From the NCBI GenBank assembly GCA_037481815.1, contig JBBFKX010000001.1, positions 416,001-480,000 on the forward strand: a stretch of DNA of 64,000 nucleotides, written 5' to 3'. Under the pieces are notes generated by a model, which was given only the letters and a program-made list of their open reading frames with translations, was not told the origin of the DNA and did not search any database. Every line of letters starts with the position of its first letter. Within the stretch, counting starts at the first letter, position 1. This DNA comes from a candidate division WOR-3 bacterium (GTDB taxonomy: Bacteria > Hydrothermota > 32-111). Shown piece after piece: positions 48,909-57,142 of this stretch. A program made the position numbers and the translations under genes.

Positions 48909-51379
48909 TTTTCCTCCTCATGCTGTTTTATGATCTCTCCATAAAAAACCTGTATCCTATCGTTTACAACATCAAAAAAGATTTCATTGTGAGTTGTGAA
49001 TTTATCATGAAGGATCTCATCGGTTATATAATTTTCAATATTCTCCTGTATAACCCTTGAAACGTTCCTTGCACCAAAATTTCTATCAAATCCTTTTTTT
49101 GAAAGATAATCAACCACTCTATGTGAGAATGAAATATTATAACCTTTTTTAGAATAGATTTCCGAGAGGTTCTGTAAATTTTTAAATGTTATCTCTTTTA
49201 TGTTTTCTTCAGTTAAACTGTTGAATACGATTATCATATCGAGCCTGTTCAAAAATTCTGTTCTAAAATTCTTTTTTACTTCTTCCATTATAGATTTCTG
49301 GAATTTTTCTTCGTCATAATCTTTTTCTGAAAAACCTATATCCTTTTTGAAAATATTTTCCGATGTTCCTATGTTGGAAGTAAAAACTATAATCGTGTTC
49401 TTAAAATCTATAGTTCTATGGTAAGAATCCGTTAAAATTCCATCATCGAGTATCTGTAAAAAGATATTATAAACATTTGGATGTGCTTTTTCTATCTCAT
49501 CAAAAAGAAGGAGTGAGAAAGGATTTCTTTTTACAAACTCTGTCAACCTTCCCCCCTCCTCATAACCAACATATCCGGGAGGTGAACCAATAAGTTTTTG
49601 AACCTCATGCTCCAACGAATATTCCGACATATCAAATCTCATAAAGGAATCTTTTTTTGTGAAGAGAATCTGAGCAATTTTCTTCGCAAAGAAAGTTTTT
49701 CCCACACCAGATGGTCCCAAAAACAACATCGAGATTCTCGGTTTAACAGGGTCTTTTATCCCGAGAAGTGTCAATTTTATCGCTTTTGAAACTTTTGTAA
49801 TCACATGTTCCTGTCCAACTATATCCTTTCTAAATTCCTGTTCAAGTTTTATAAGGTCGTTCTGTATATCCATATTGAGTTTATCAACAGGGATTCCAGT
49901 CCACTGCGAAATAACCTCTTTTATAACCTTTTCACTGACCTTCAATCTATGAGTTCTTTTCGAGATTCCCTCTTTTAACTGTCTTATCTTTTCTTCGATT
50001 TCGAGTTGCTTTGTTCTCTTTTCTCCTGCGAGTTTGAATTTGTTAACTGAAGTGAAAAACTCTTTTTCCTTTATGGTTTCATTCAATTCGTTGTTCAAAA
50101 TCTCAATCTGTTTATTTATTTTAAAGGAAAAATCCATGTTAACTTTTGAACCCGCTTCATCTATAACATCAATCGCTTTATCAGGTAAAACTCTATCGGT
50201 AATGTAAATCTCAGATAAATAGACGGCACTCTTTAAAGCATCATCGGTATACTCAACATTATGAAAATCTTCATATTTGTTTTTTATATGGTATAAAACT
50301 TCGAGAGTTTTTTCAGGTGTCATCTCTTTTATATCAACCGGCTGAAATCTTCTTTCCAGAGCACCATCTTTTTCAATATACTTATGATACTCTGAAAGAG
50401 TTGTTGCACCTATACACTGGATATCACCTCTTGAAAGTTGAGGTTTCAACATATTCGCAGCATCAATTGAACCTTCAGCAGCACCAGTTCCAATTATCAC
50501 ATGGAGTTCATCTATGAAAAGAATTATATTTTTATTCTCTTCAATCTCTTTTATCAGATTTTTCAACCTTTCTTCAAATTGCCCTCTATATTTTGTTCCA
50601 GCGACAAGCATTCCAACATCAAGCGAAAGTATCCTTTTATTTTTAAGATTCTCAGGAACCATATTTTTCACGATTCTATCGGCGAGTGCTTCAACGATTG
50701 CAGTTTTACCAGCACCAGGTTTTCCTATGAGAACAGGATTATTTTTTTTCCTTCTTCCAAGAATTTGAATTATTCTCGCGATCTCTTCTTCTCTACCATA
50801 TACAGGGTCGAGTTTGTTTTCCTTTGCAAGTTTTGTTAAATCCTTACAAAGATAATCAGCAAGAGGTGTTGGACTCGTTTCATCCAAACCTATTCCACTT
50901 TTTTCTTCCTCATCTTTTATTTTCATTCTGAAACTTGGATTTTTAACAAGATTTTTAAACGTTTGAATACTGAAACCTATCGAATCGAGTGATTCTTTCG
51001 ATTCATGGTTTAAATGGTAAATAGCGATCACAAAATGCTCTGGTTCAATGTATACTTCTCCATTTTCAAGTGCTATCTTTTCCGCCTCATTGAAAACCCT
51101 TTTTGTTTCTTCAGAATCTGTTACATCAAAGGTTATGTTCTCGATATTCTCTTCATTTTTTCTTACATACTGTCTCAAGATACCTTTTAAAATGTCTAAA
51201 ACCTCTGGGTTTTTACTTTTTGTTGAGTTTATGATGTAATTGTTAGTTGCAAGATCCCTATCAGAAACAATTGTCAAAAGAATATCATAAGGTTCGACTT
51301 TTGACCTGTTAAGCCCTCTCGTTCGCTGTTCACTCTTTTTCAAAATAATACTCATCCTTCTTGAAAAATTCAGTTCCAT
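48905..51379 (-). CDS. clpC: ATP-dependent Clp protease ATPase subunit, ClpC/ClpA type
   Basis: Clp N-domain, GKPGAGKT and GPSGVGKT Walker A motifs, GSPPGYVGYEEGG, IGF ClpP-docking loop. Confidence 0.92.
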   Translation of the reverse strand: MELNFSRRMSIILKKSEQRTRGLNRSKVEPYDILLTIVSDRDLATNNYIINSTKSKNPEVLDILKGILRQYVRKNEENIENITFDVTDSEETKRVFNEAEKIALENGEVYIEPEHFVIAIYHLNHESKESLDSIGFSIQTFKNLVKNPSFRMKIKDEEEKSGIGLDETSPTPLADYLCKDLTKLAKENKLDPVYGREEEIARIIQILGRRKKNNPVLIGKPGAGKTAIVEALADRIVKNMVPENLKNKRILSLDVGMLVAGTKYRGQFEERLKNLIKEIEENKNIILFIDELHVIIGTGAAEGSIDAANMLKPQLSRGDIQCIGATTLSEYHKYIEKDGALERRFQPVDIKEMTPEKTLEVLYHIKNKYEDFHNVEYTDDALKSAVYLSEIYITDRVLPDKAIDVIDEAGSKVNMDFSFKINKQIEILNNELNETIKEKEFFTSVNKFKLAGEKRTKQLEIEEKIRQLKEGISKRTHRLKVSEKVIKEVISQWTGIPVDKLNMDIQNDLIKLEQEFRKDIVGQEHVITKVSKAIKLTLLGIKDPVKPRISMLFLGPSGVGKTFFAKKIAQILFTKKDSFMRFDMSEYSLEHEVQKLIGSPPGYVGYEEGGRLTEFVKRNPFSLLLFDEIEKAHPNVYNIFLQILDDGILTDSYHRTIDFKNTIIVFTSNIGTSENIFKKDIGFSEKDYDEEKFQKSIMEEVKKNFRTEFLNRLDMIIVFNSLTEENIKEITFKNLQNLSEIYSKKGYNISFSHRVVDYLSKKGFDRNFGARNVSRVIQENIENYITDEILHDKFTTHNEIFFDVVNDRIQVFYGEIIKQHEEEN

Positions 51380-51401
51380 ACATCTCCTATTTTAGATATA
51401 T

Positions 51402-51430
51402 ATAATAACAGAAAACCTTTAAATATTCAA
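51402..51430 (-). promoter_or_regulatory. Sigma70 promoter (extended -10) upstream of clpC
   Basis: TTGAAT-N17-TATTAT with TG immediately upstream of the -10; downstream AGGAGA RBS. Confidence 0.6.
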
Positions 51431-51466
51431 TAATTAAGTTAACCTTGAGTTAAAAAATCAAACTAT

Positions 51467-51688
51467 TTATCCCTTAAACTCCCTTATTATTTTTTCCGCT
51501 TTTTCTTCCTGGTTCGGGAAAAGGTCAATTGGAACATTCTCTTTTCCTATAGCAGTTGAAACTTTAAACCTTGCACATTTTTCGTATTCATTTTTGCAAT
51601 AGTTTCTTTTATAGATGTTACTCATTGAAGGCATATCCTTCAACCTATCGTTGAAAAAAGGACAAATGTTGATATGAGGACAATCCAT
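51467..51688 (-). CDS. Small four-Cys hypothetical protein (73 aa)
   Basis: C-x5-C, YC and CARF; strong GGAGGGG RBS directly after the upstream stop. Confidence 0.7.
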   Translation of the reverse strand: MDCPHINICPFFNDRLKDMPSMSNIYKRNYCKNEYEKCARFKVSTAIGKENVPIDLFPNQEEKAEKIIREFKG

Positions 51689-51697
51689 AACCCCTCC

Positions 51698-54049
51698 TTA
51701 TTTGATAATATTTTTCAGATTAAGGTTTAACCCCTCTATCCAGAAAAGAGTTTTTTCACCATCAAGAACTATAATGGTCGGAGTCACATAAACATCAAAA
51801 TCCTTAAAAAGATCTTTTGACAATCTGAAAATATTTATCTTTTCGTTTCCAAAACCTTTTAAAAGATTATTCTCTTCGTTTACAAAAATATAAACAAAAC
51901 CATCAAAATTTTTTATAAACTCCTTATTGTTCAGAAAGGTAGAAATCGATTCTTCATTGTTCAAGTCAAGAAAAACCAGCATTTTTTTCCCATCGCTCAA
52001 AGTTTTAAAAGTTGAAAGTTTTTCAAAATTTTTAAAACTTTTAGAAGAAGCCCTATTTGACTCAAAAAAATCTTTTAAACTATCGAGTGAAACACTCATA
52101 GTGTCTGAAGTGATTTTTTTAATATACCCAAAAGATGAACCTGTTTTATCTCTTAAACCGTATATCAGATAATAATCGTTCTCATCGAGTTCAATTTTTA
52201 TCAAAGAATCTGAATTCTCAACTGTCTCTGGCTCAAATATATCAGGATTATTTACAAACTTTTCAATCGAATAATCCTCATAAATATTTTTTTCTTTCGA
52301 TACATTTTTGTCGTTTTCATAAAATTTCAGAAAAACAAATTTTTTATAATTATTTCTTTCTTCTAAACTTTTGTCTATCCACCCATTTTTAGAATAGAAT
52401 GAAACTATTTTCATATCCCAGTTAAGTTTTGCCGGAATATTCAAACTTCTCATTATTGCAACTTTCAAAATATTTTTTTCAAGTTCACTACCTTTTTTCA
52501 AGATGTAAGTTTCAAGAGGTGTTTTGATCGTTTTATAGAAGTTTTTTGAATGATCATCTTTAATATTTTTTTCTATCCATTTTGAAATTTTTTGATATGT
52601 TTTTTCTGGATCAGAGTTTTTAAATTTTTTAAACCCTTTTGAAAGTTCATACCTGTAAAAACTTATAGGTTCATAGTTGATCCTTTGTGTTAAGATATAA
52701 TTTTCAACGATACTATCCTCAAAATCTTTTACGGGGAAATTTATCGCTTTTATCTCTTTATATAGTCCAGCAGTATCAAGAGAAACAAGATCTTTTGATG
52801 AAAAGTTTTTCAAAAACATTTTAAAAATAACTTTTTGATCATCATTAAGGATTTCATAAAATTTCAAAATTTTTTGGAAATTCCCCCTTGATTCTTTAAG
52901 TATACTGTTTAACAAACTATCTTTTGTATCACCCTCATATTCAAGTTTTTCAAAATTATCTTTTCTTATGATATTTAAAGAATCAAAATTCGGCTTATAA
53001 AAAAAATCTTTTTCCTCTCTTTCAACATCGGATACTTTTAAAACGAATGACATATCTTCAATGCTATCTTTATCAAATTTAAGATAGATTGTTGTATCAG
53101 AAAAAAGATCGACTATTTTATAATTAATTTTCCCTTGTTTATAACCAAACAAAAAATATGAATTTTTTCCGAGTTCAAATTCTAAACTATCAAAAAGTGT
53201 ATCAATTAGTATTGGTAACAACCCAGAAAAATTAAAAACTGAAACCGAAACAATACCATTCTTTTCACCTTTTAATTTTAACTTCAGAGGAGAAAAATAA
53301 TTTCTTGATACATTCAAAAGATCAAAACCGTTCTGACCTTTACCAAAAACTGGAGAAAGAACAACACCAGTTCTTCTAACTTCATCTTTAAACCAGGAGT
53401 TGTTAAGATCAGATGGTTCAGCACCACCCAAAAAATACCATTTACCATCAACCCAAACCTCACACCATGCATGGTTACTGTTTGTGAATGGCCAGTAAGG
53501 TGTATACACTTCTCTTGCTGGAATCCCAACTGTTCTTAAAGATTTTATAAACAAAATCATCATCTCTTCACATCTTCCAAAACCTCTTCTTAATGTTGTG
53601 AGAGCGTTCTGATCGTAAGGTTCAGTTGGCTTATACTCGATTTTTGTATAACACCATTCGTTTATTTTAAATACGGCATCTTTCATCGAAAGGTTTTTTA
53701 CAAGTTCATAGAGTGTATCCTTGTAAATCTCATAAAAATTTTCGAGTGGTTCCTGTGATACTCTTAAAGGAATAACATAATGAAAAAGTAATGAATCATC
53801 GATCTTGTCTTTCCAACTGACCCTGTTTAGATTTTCCCTTATTGAAAGAAGGTTGTTTATAAAATTATTTCTGTTAAAATTCAAAATGTCAACATCTTCC
53901 GAGTTTTTTAAAATAAATTCTGCCCAAACTTTAACGCCATATTTTTCGCTTTCTTTTAAAAGTTGCTTCTTCTTTTTTTCAACTGAAAAGTTACAGAAAA
54001 GCAAAAAAATGATGAAAAAAAAGAAAAAATTTTTAATAAACCTTTTCAT
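51698..54049 (-). CDS. Exported transglutaminase-like protein with a degenerate second TGase-like domain and a thioredoxin-like C-terminus
   Basis: GRCEE (catalytic Cys), LRTVGIPAR, NHAWCEVWVDGKW; second copy IMRSLNIPAK without Cys; C-terminal VTPTIIVLD. Confidence 0.8.
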   Translation of the reverse strand: MKRFIKNFFFFFIIFLLFCNFSVEKKKKQLLKESEKYGVKVWAEFILKNSEDVDILNFNRNNFINNLLSIRENLNRVSWKDKIDDSLLFHYVIPLRVSQEPLENFYEIYKDTLYELVKNLSMKDAVFKINEWCYTKIEYKPTEPYDQNALTTLRRGFGRCEEMMILFIKSLRTVGIPAREVYTPYWPFTNSNHAWCEVWVDGKWYFLGGAEPSDLNNSWFKDEVRRTGVVLSPVFGKGQNGFDLLNVSRNYFSPLKLKLKGEKNGIVSVSVFNFSGLLPILIDTLFDSLEFELGKNSYFLFGYKQGKINYKIVDLFSDTTIYLKFDKDSIEDMSFVLKVSDVEREEKDFFYKPNFDSLNIIRKDNFEKLEYEGDTKDSLLNSILKESRGNFQKILKFYEILNDDQKVIFKMFLKNFSSKDLVSLDTAGLYKEIKAINFPVKDFEDSIVENYILTQRINYEPISFYRYELSKGFKKFKNSDPEKTYQKISKWIEKNIKDDHSKNFYKTIKTPLETYILKKGSELEKNILKVAIMRSLNIPAKLNWDMKIVSFYSKNGWIDKSLEERNNYKKFVFLKFYENDKNVSKEKNIYEDYSIEKFVNNPDIFEPETVENSDSLIKIELDENDYYLIYGLRDKTGSSFGYIKKITSDTMSVSLDSLKDFFESNRASSKSFKNFEKLSTFKTLSDGKKMLVFLDLNNEESISTFLNNKEFIKNFDGFVYIFVNEENNLLKGFGNEKINIFRLSKDLFKDFDVYVTPTIIVLDGEKTLFWIEGLNLNLKNIIK

Positions 54050-54058
54050 AAAAATCTC

Positions 54059-54793
54059 TCACTTAAAAAGTTTTACATCTTTCAAAACGCCAACAGAAAC
54101 GCTCCCAAACAGACCATACCCATTTTCAAACGATGAGAACTTTTCATCGGTCATATATTTAAAATATGAAGAATCACAAGAGATCACAAAAAAATCATAA
54201 GTTCCAGTATCAGGGAAAAGATACGAAAGGTTAAAAATCGGAAGAAATGTATCATTCTCAACGCCTGTTTGAAACAGAAAAAAACTTCCATACTCGTTTT
54301 TCTGGTTTATCTGAACCATATAAAAACCGATACCTGAACTATTCCAGATTAATATAAGAGAACTATCAATCTTGATTTGTGCAGAATCAGAGTATACTAA
54401 AAAATTCAAATTTTTGGGAGTGGAAGTTTTTGCAGTGAAAATTTTATCATCAACTTTTACCTCTATCTCATAATTGTTTTCGGGGAGAACATTTTCATCG
54501 AGCACATACACATATTTGTAACCAAAACTATCAGAATTAAGAGTTTCAAGATAAGCTGCTGTTCCATTTATCTTCACATCTGCATCTATAACAAAGTTAT
54601 TTTCTGTATTCAACGAATCTTTTATCGAAAGTGTAGAATCAACAATAACTCTTATCCTGTCATCCCCTACTTTCAAAACTGAAAAAATATAGTATCCTGT
54701 GTTATACTCTCCTTTTTCGATAATCGAACATGATACAAGAAGAATTATAAAAATTAAAAATAAAAATTTTTTAAAACTCACATTGAACTCCAA
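54059..54793 (-). CDS. DUF4249-like lipoprotein
   Basis: Lipobox LVSC, C-terminal ENGYGLFGS, position downstream of a TonB-dependent receptor. Start may be the GTG at 54781. Confidence 0.65.
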   Translation of the reverse strand: MEFNVSFKKFLFLIFIILLVSCSIIEKGEYNTGYYIFSVLKVGDDRIRVIVDSTLSIKDSLNTENNFVIDADVKINGTAAYLETLNSDSFGYKYVYVLDENVLPENNYEIEVKVDDKIFTAKTSTPKNLNFLVYSDSAQIKIDSSLILIWNSSGIGFYMVQINQKNEYGSFFLFQTGVENDTFLPIFNLSYLFPDTGTYDFFVISCDSSYFKYMTDEKFSSFENGYGLFGSVSVGVLKDVKLFK

Positions 54794-57005
54794 CTGTTGG
54801 AATTATCGGAAACATGTTGAAATCCTCTCTTCTTGATGGAGAAACAGAATGATCGTAATAGTAAAAATATACATTTTTAAAGTTGAACAGGTTTATAATA
54901 TTCAAAGATAACCCCAGATTGAATTTGTTAAATTTGAACTTTTTTGAAACTCCAACATCAACCCTTTTGTATGGTGGAAATCTTGCTCCATTAAAATCTG
55001 ATTCTATTTCTTTCCACCATCCTCTATAATATTCACCAGTTATTGGATCAAAGGTATAATCCATATATTTCCCGACTACAGCAGTATAAGGTAAACCACT
55101 TCCATAGTTTATAACAAGATTAAAATTTATTCCATTCTTTAAAAGATAGGAAATGCTCAGTACAAAAGAGTTTGTTCTATCATAATAGGTTGGGTAATAG
55201 ATTGAATCTTTGAGCATTCTTACCCTTGAAAACGAATAACCAACCCAACCTGTGAGATTACCAGAACTTTTTTTCAAAAGTATTTCAAGCCCCTCACTAT
55301 AACCTTTTGTGGTTTTATAACCTTTAACAGGATCATCAAGGTTATAAAAAATATCCATCAGAGTCGTGTAAACAAGATTTTTATAATCTTTATAATAGAT
55401 TTCAAAATTCAACGACAAATCGTTTGAAAACCATTTTTCGTATCCTGCTATGTAATGTGAACATCTTAAAGGTTCAAAATTTTCAGGTACAGGCAACCAT
55501 GTCTCGCCAAAAATCGAAGAGAAATCACCTGTTTCCTGTTTTACTGAGGTTATAAACTGATAATAATCTCCAACACTAAAAGTAAACGATGAGTTCTGAT
55601 CAATAAAGTATTTGAAAGAGCCCCTTAGGTTTGGGAAAAATTTTCTGTTGAACTGGTATCTGTCTAACCTTATACCAAAGCCAAAAATATAAAAACCAGT
55701 TCTTTTGTAAGAGTAATTTAAAAATGTTGAAAAATAATAAGGATTGTTTTTGAAATTCAAAAGTTCACCTGTATCTGAAATCGTGAAGAGATAATCGAAA
55801 CTATCCCTGTAAAATTCAAAACCTGTATAAAAATTGTTTTCACCGAATTTTTTCTCAAATTTTGTTTTCCCACCATACTGATAGATATACGAATGTATAT
55901 GGACCAAATTTAAAAAATCCATCCTGTTTTTGTAATCTGAATAATAGATGTTTGAAACGATGTTTGAACTGTTGTTCAAAAGAAAAGAGTGTTCAAGAGA
56001 AACCATCCTGTTACCCCATCTCACATCAGCAACAGACACAGTATCAAGATTTATATCAAGTATATCCTGATCAAGAAAAAACGATAATTTCAAATTGTTT
56101 TTTTCGTTTATTCTATAATTTAAAGCGGAAGTAATATCATAAAAATAGTATGGGAAATCGAATCTGATAAGTTTTAGAAGTTGATCAAAATATGTTCTTC
56201 TGAATGAAACAAAAAAAGAAAAACCTTTATAAACTTTTGACTGGAAATGTAGTTTTGAAGATAACATCGATACATCGATAACAGTGTGACTTTTTTCCTC
56301 TTTTGGAGTGATACTTTTCATATCTATCACAGATGATAATCTGTTTCCAAAACTTGAGGGAAAACCACCAGCATAAAAGGTCACATTGTCTATAGAGTTT
56401 ATTTCAAATGTTGAAAAAAGACCGCCGAGATGAAATGGATTAAATATTAAGGCGTTATCAAAAAGGATAAGGTTCTGATCAGGTGCTCCACCTCTTACAT
56501 AAAGTGCTGATGAAAAATCTGATGATGCGGTAACAGAAGGGAGTAACTGAAAGGATCTCATAATGTCATTTTCAACAAGAGGAACTGAAATTTTTAACTC
56601 TTCCCTTTTATAAATTTTCTTGCTTATGGAGATTTCATTTTTGAATTCACTTTTTTCCGCTGTAATTTCACTTCCCTTATAAACCAAACTTTTTATTTTC
56701 AATTTGAAATTGTTTTTTACCTTTATGTCCTCACCTTTTGAATAAACTTTCAATGTTTCACTATGAAAACCTATGAGGTTAACAATAAGATAATATTCTC
56801 CAGAAGGGATATCTTTTAATATATAAAAACCTGTTTCATCTGTTAGATCACCTTTTACAATTTCTTTATCTTTGTTAACCATATACACATTACAAAACAT
56901 TAAGGGTTCATTCTTTTCTTCTTCAAAAACATACCCATAAAAATCATCTGAGAAAATTGTTGAAAAGAAAACCAAAAAAATAAATAAAAAAAATGAAATT
57001 TTCAT
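54771..57005 (-). CDS. TonB-dependent receptor with carboxypeptidase-regulatory-like N-domain
   Basis: Signal peptide, plug motifs YVRGGAPDQNL, HLGGLFS and GGFPSSFGNRLSSV, INLFN, terminal Phe. Confidence 0.92.
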   Translation of the reverse strand: MKISFFLFIFLVFFSTIFSDDFYGYVFEEEKNEPLMFCNVYMVNKDKEIVKGDLTDETGFYILKDIPSGEYYLIVNLIGFHSETLKVYSKGEDIKVKNNFKLKIKSLVYKGSEITAEKSEFKNEISISKKIYKREELKISVPLVENDIMRSFQLLPSVTASSDFSSALYVRGGAPDQNLILFDNALIFNPFHLGGLFSTFEINSIDNVTFYAGGFPSSFGNRLSSVIDMKSITPKEEKSHTVIDVSMLSSKLHFQSKVYKGFSFFVSFRRTYFDQLLKLIRFDFPYYFYDITSALNYRINEKNNLKLSFFLDQDILDINLDTVSVADVRWGNRMVSLEHSFLLNNSSNIVSNIYYSDYKNRMDFLNLVHIHSYIYQYGGKTKFEKKFGENNFYTGFEFYRDSFDYLFTISDTGELLNFKNNPYYFSTFLNYSYKRTGFYIFGFGIRLDRYQFNRKFFPNLRGSFKYFIDQNSSFTFSVGDYYQFITSVKQETGDFSSIFGETWLPVPENFEPLRCSHYIAGYEKWFSNDLSLNFEIYYKDYKNLVYTTLMDIFYNLDDPVKGYKTTKGYSEGLEILLKKSSGNLTGWVGYSFSRVRMLKDSIYYPTYYDRTNSFVLSISYLLKNGINFNLVINYGSGLPYTAVVGKYMDYTFDPITGEYYRGWWKEIESDFNGARFPPYKRVDVGVSKKFKFNKFNLGLSLNIINLFNFKNVYFYYYDHSVSPSRREDFNMFPIIPTVGVQCEF

Positions 57006-57011
57006 ACTTAT

Positions 57012-57039
57012 ATGTTAAAATACGAACTAATAAAGTCAA
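57012..57039 (-). promoter_or_regulatory. Sigma70 promoter for leaderless TonB-dependent receptor gene
   Basis: TTGACT-N16-TAACAT, then 6 nt to the ATG at 57005; no SD. Confidence 0.6.
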
Positions 57040-57142
57040 TATATTCGTTAGAAATTTTATATTCAGTTAATTTAAACAAAAATTAACCCAATCAATTTTT
57101 TATGAAAAAAGTTTTATGGATTTTCAATTTTAATATTTATGA

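Noticed and set aside
51380..51466. Possible CIRCE or CtsR operator upstream of clpC
   Set aside because: No TTAGCACTC-N9-GAGTGCTAA and no clear tandem GTCAAA repeat; only short AT-rich pseudo-palindromes.
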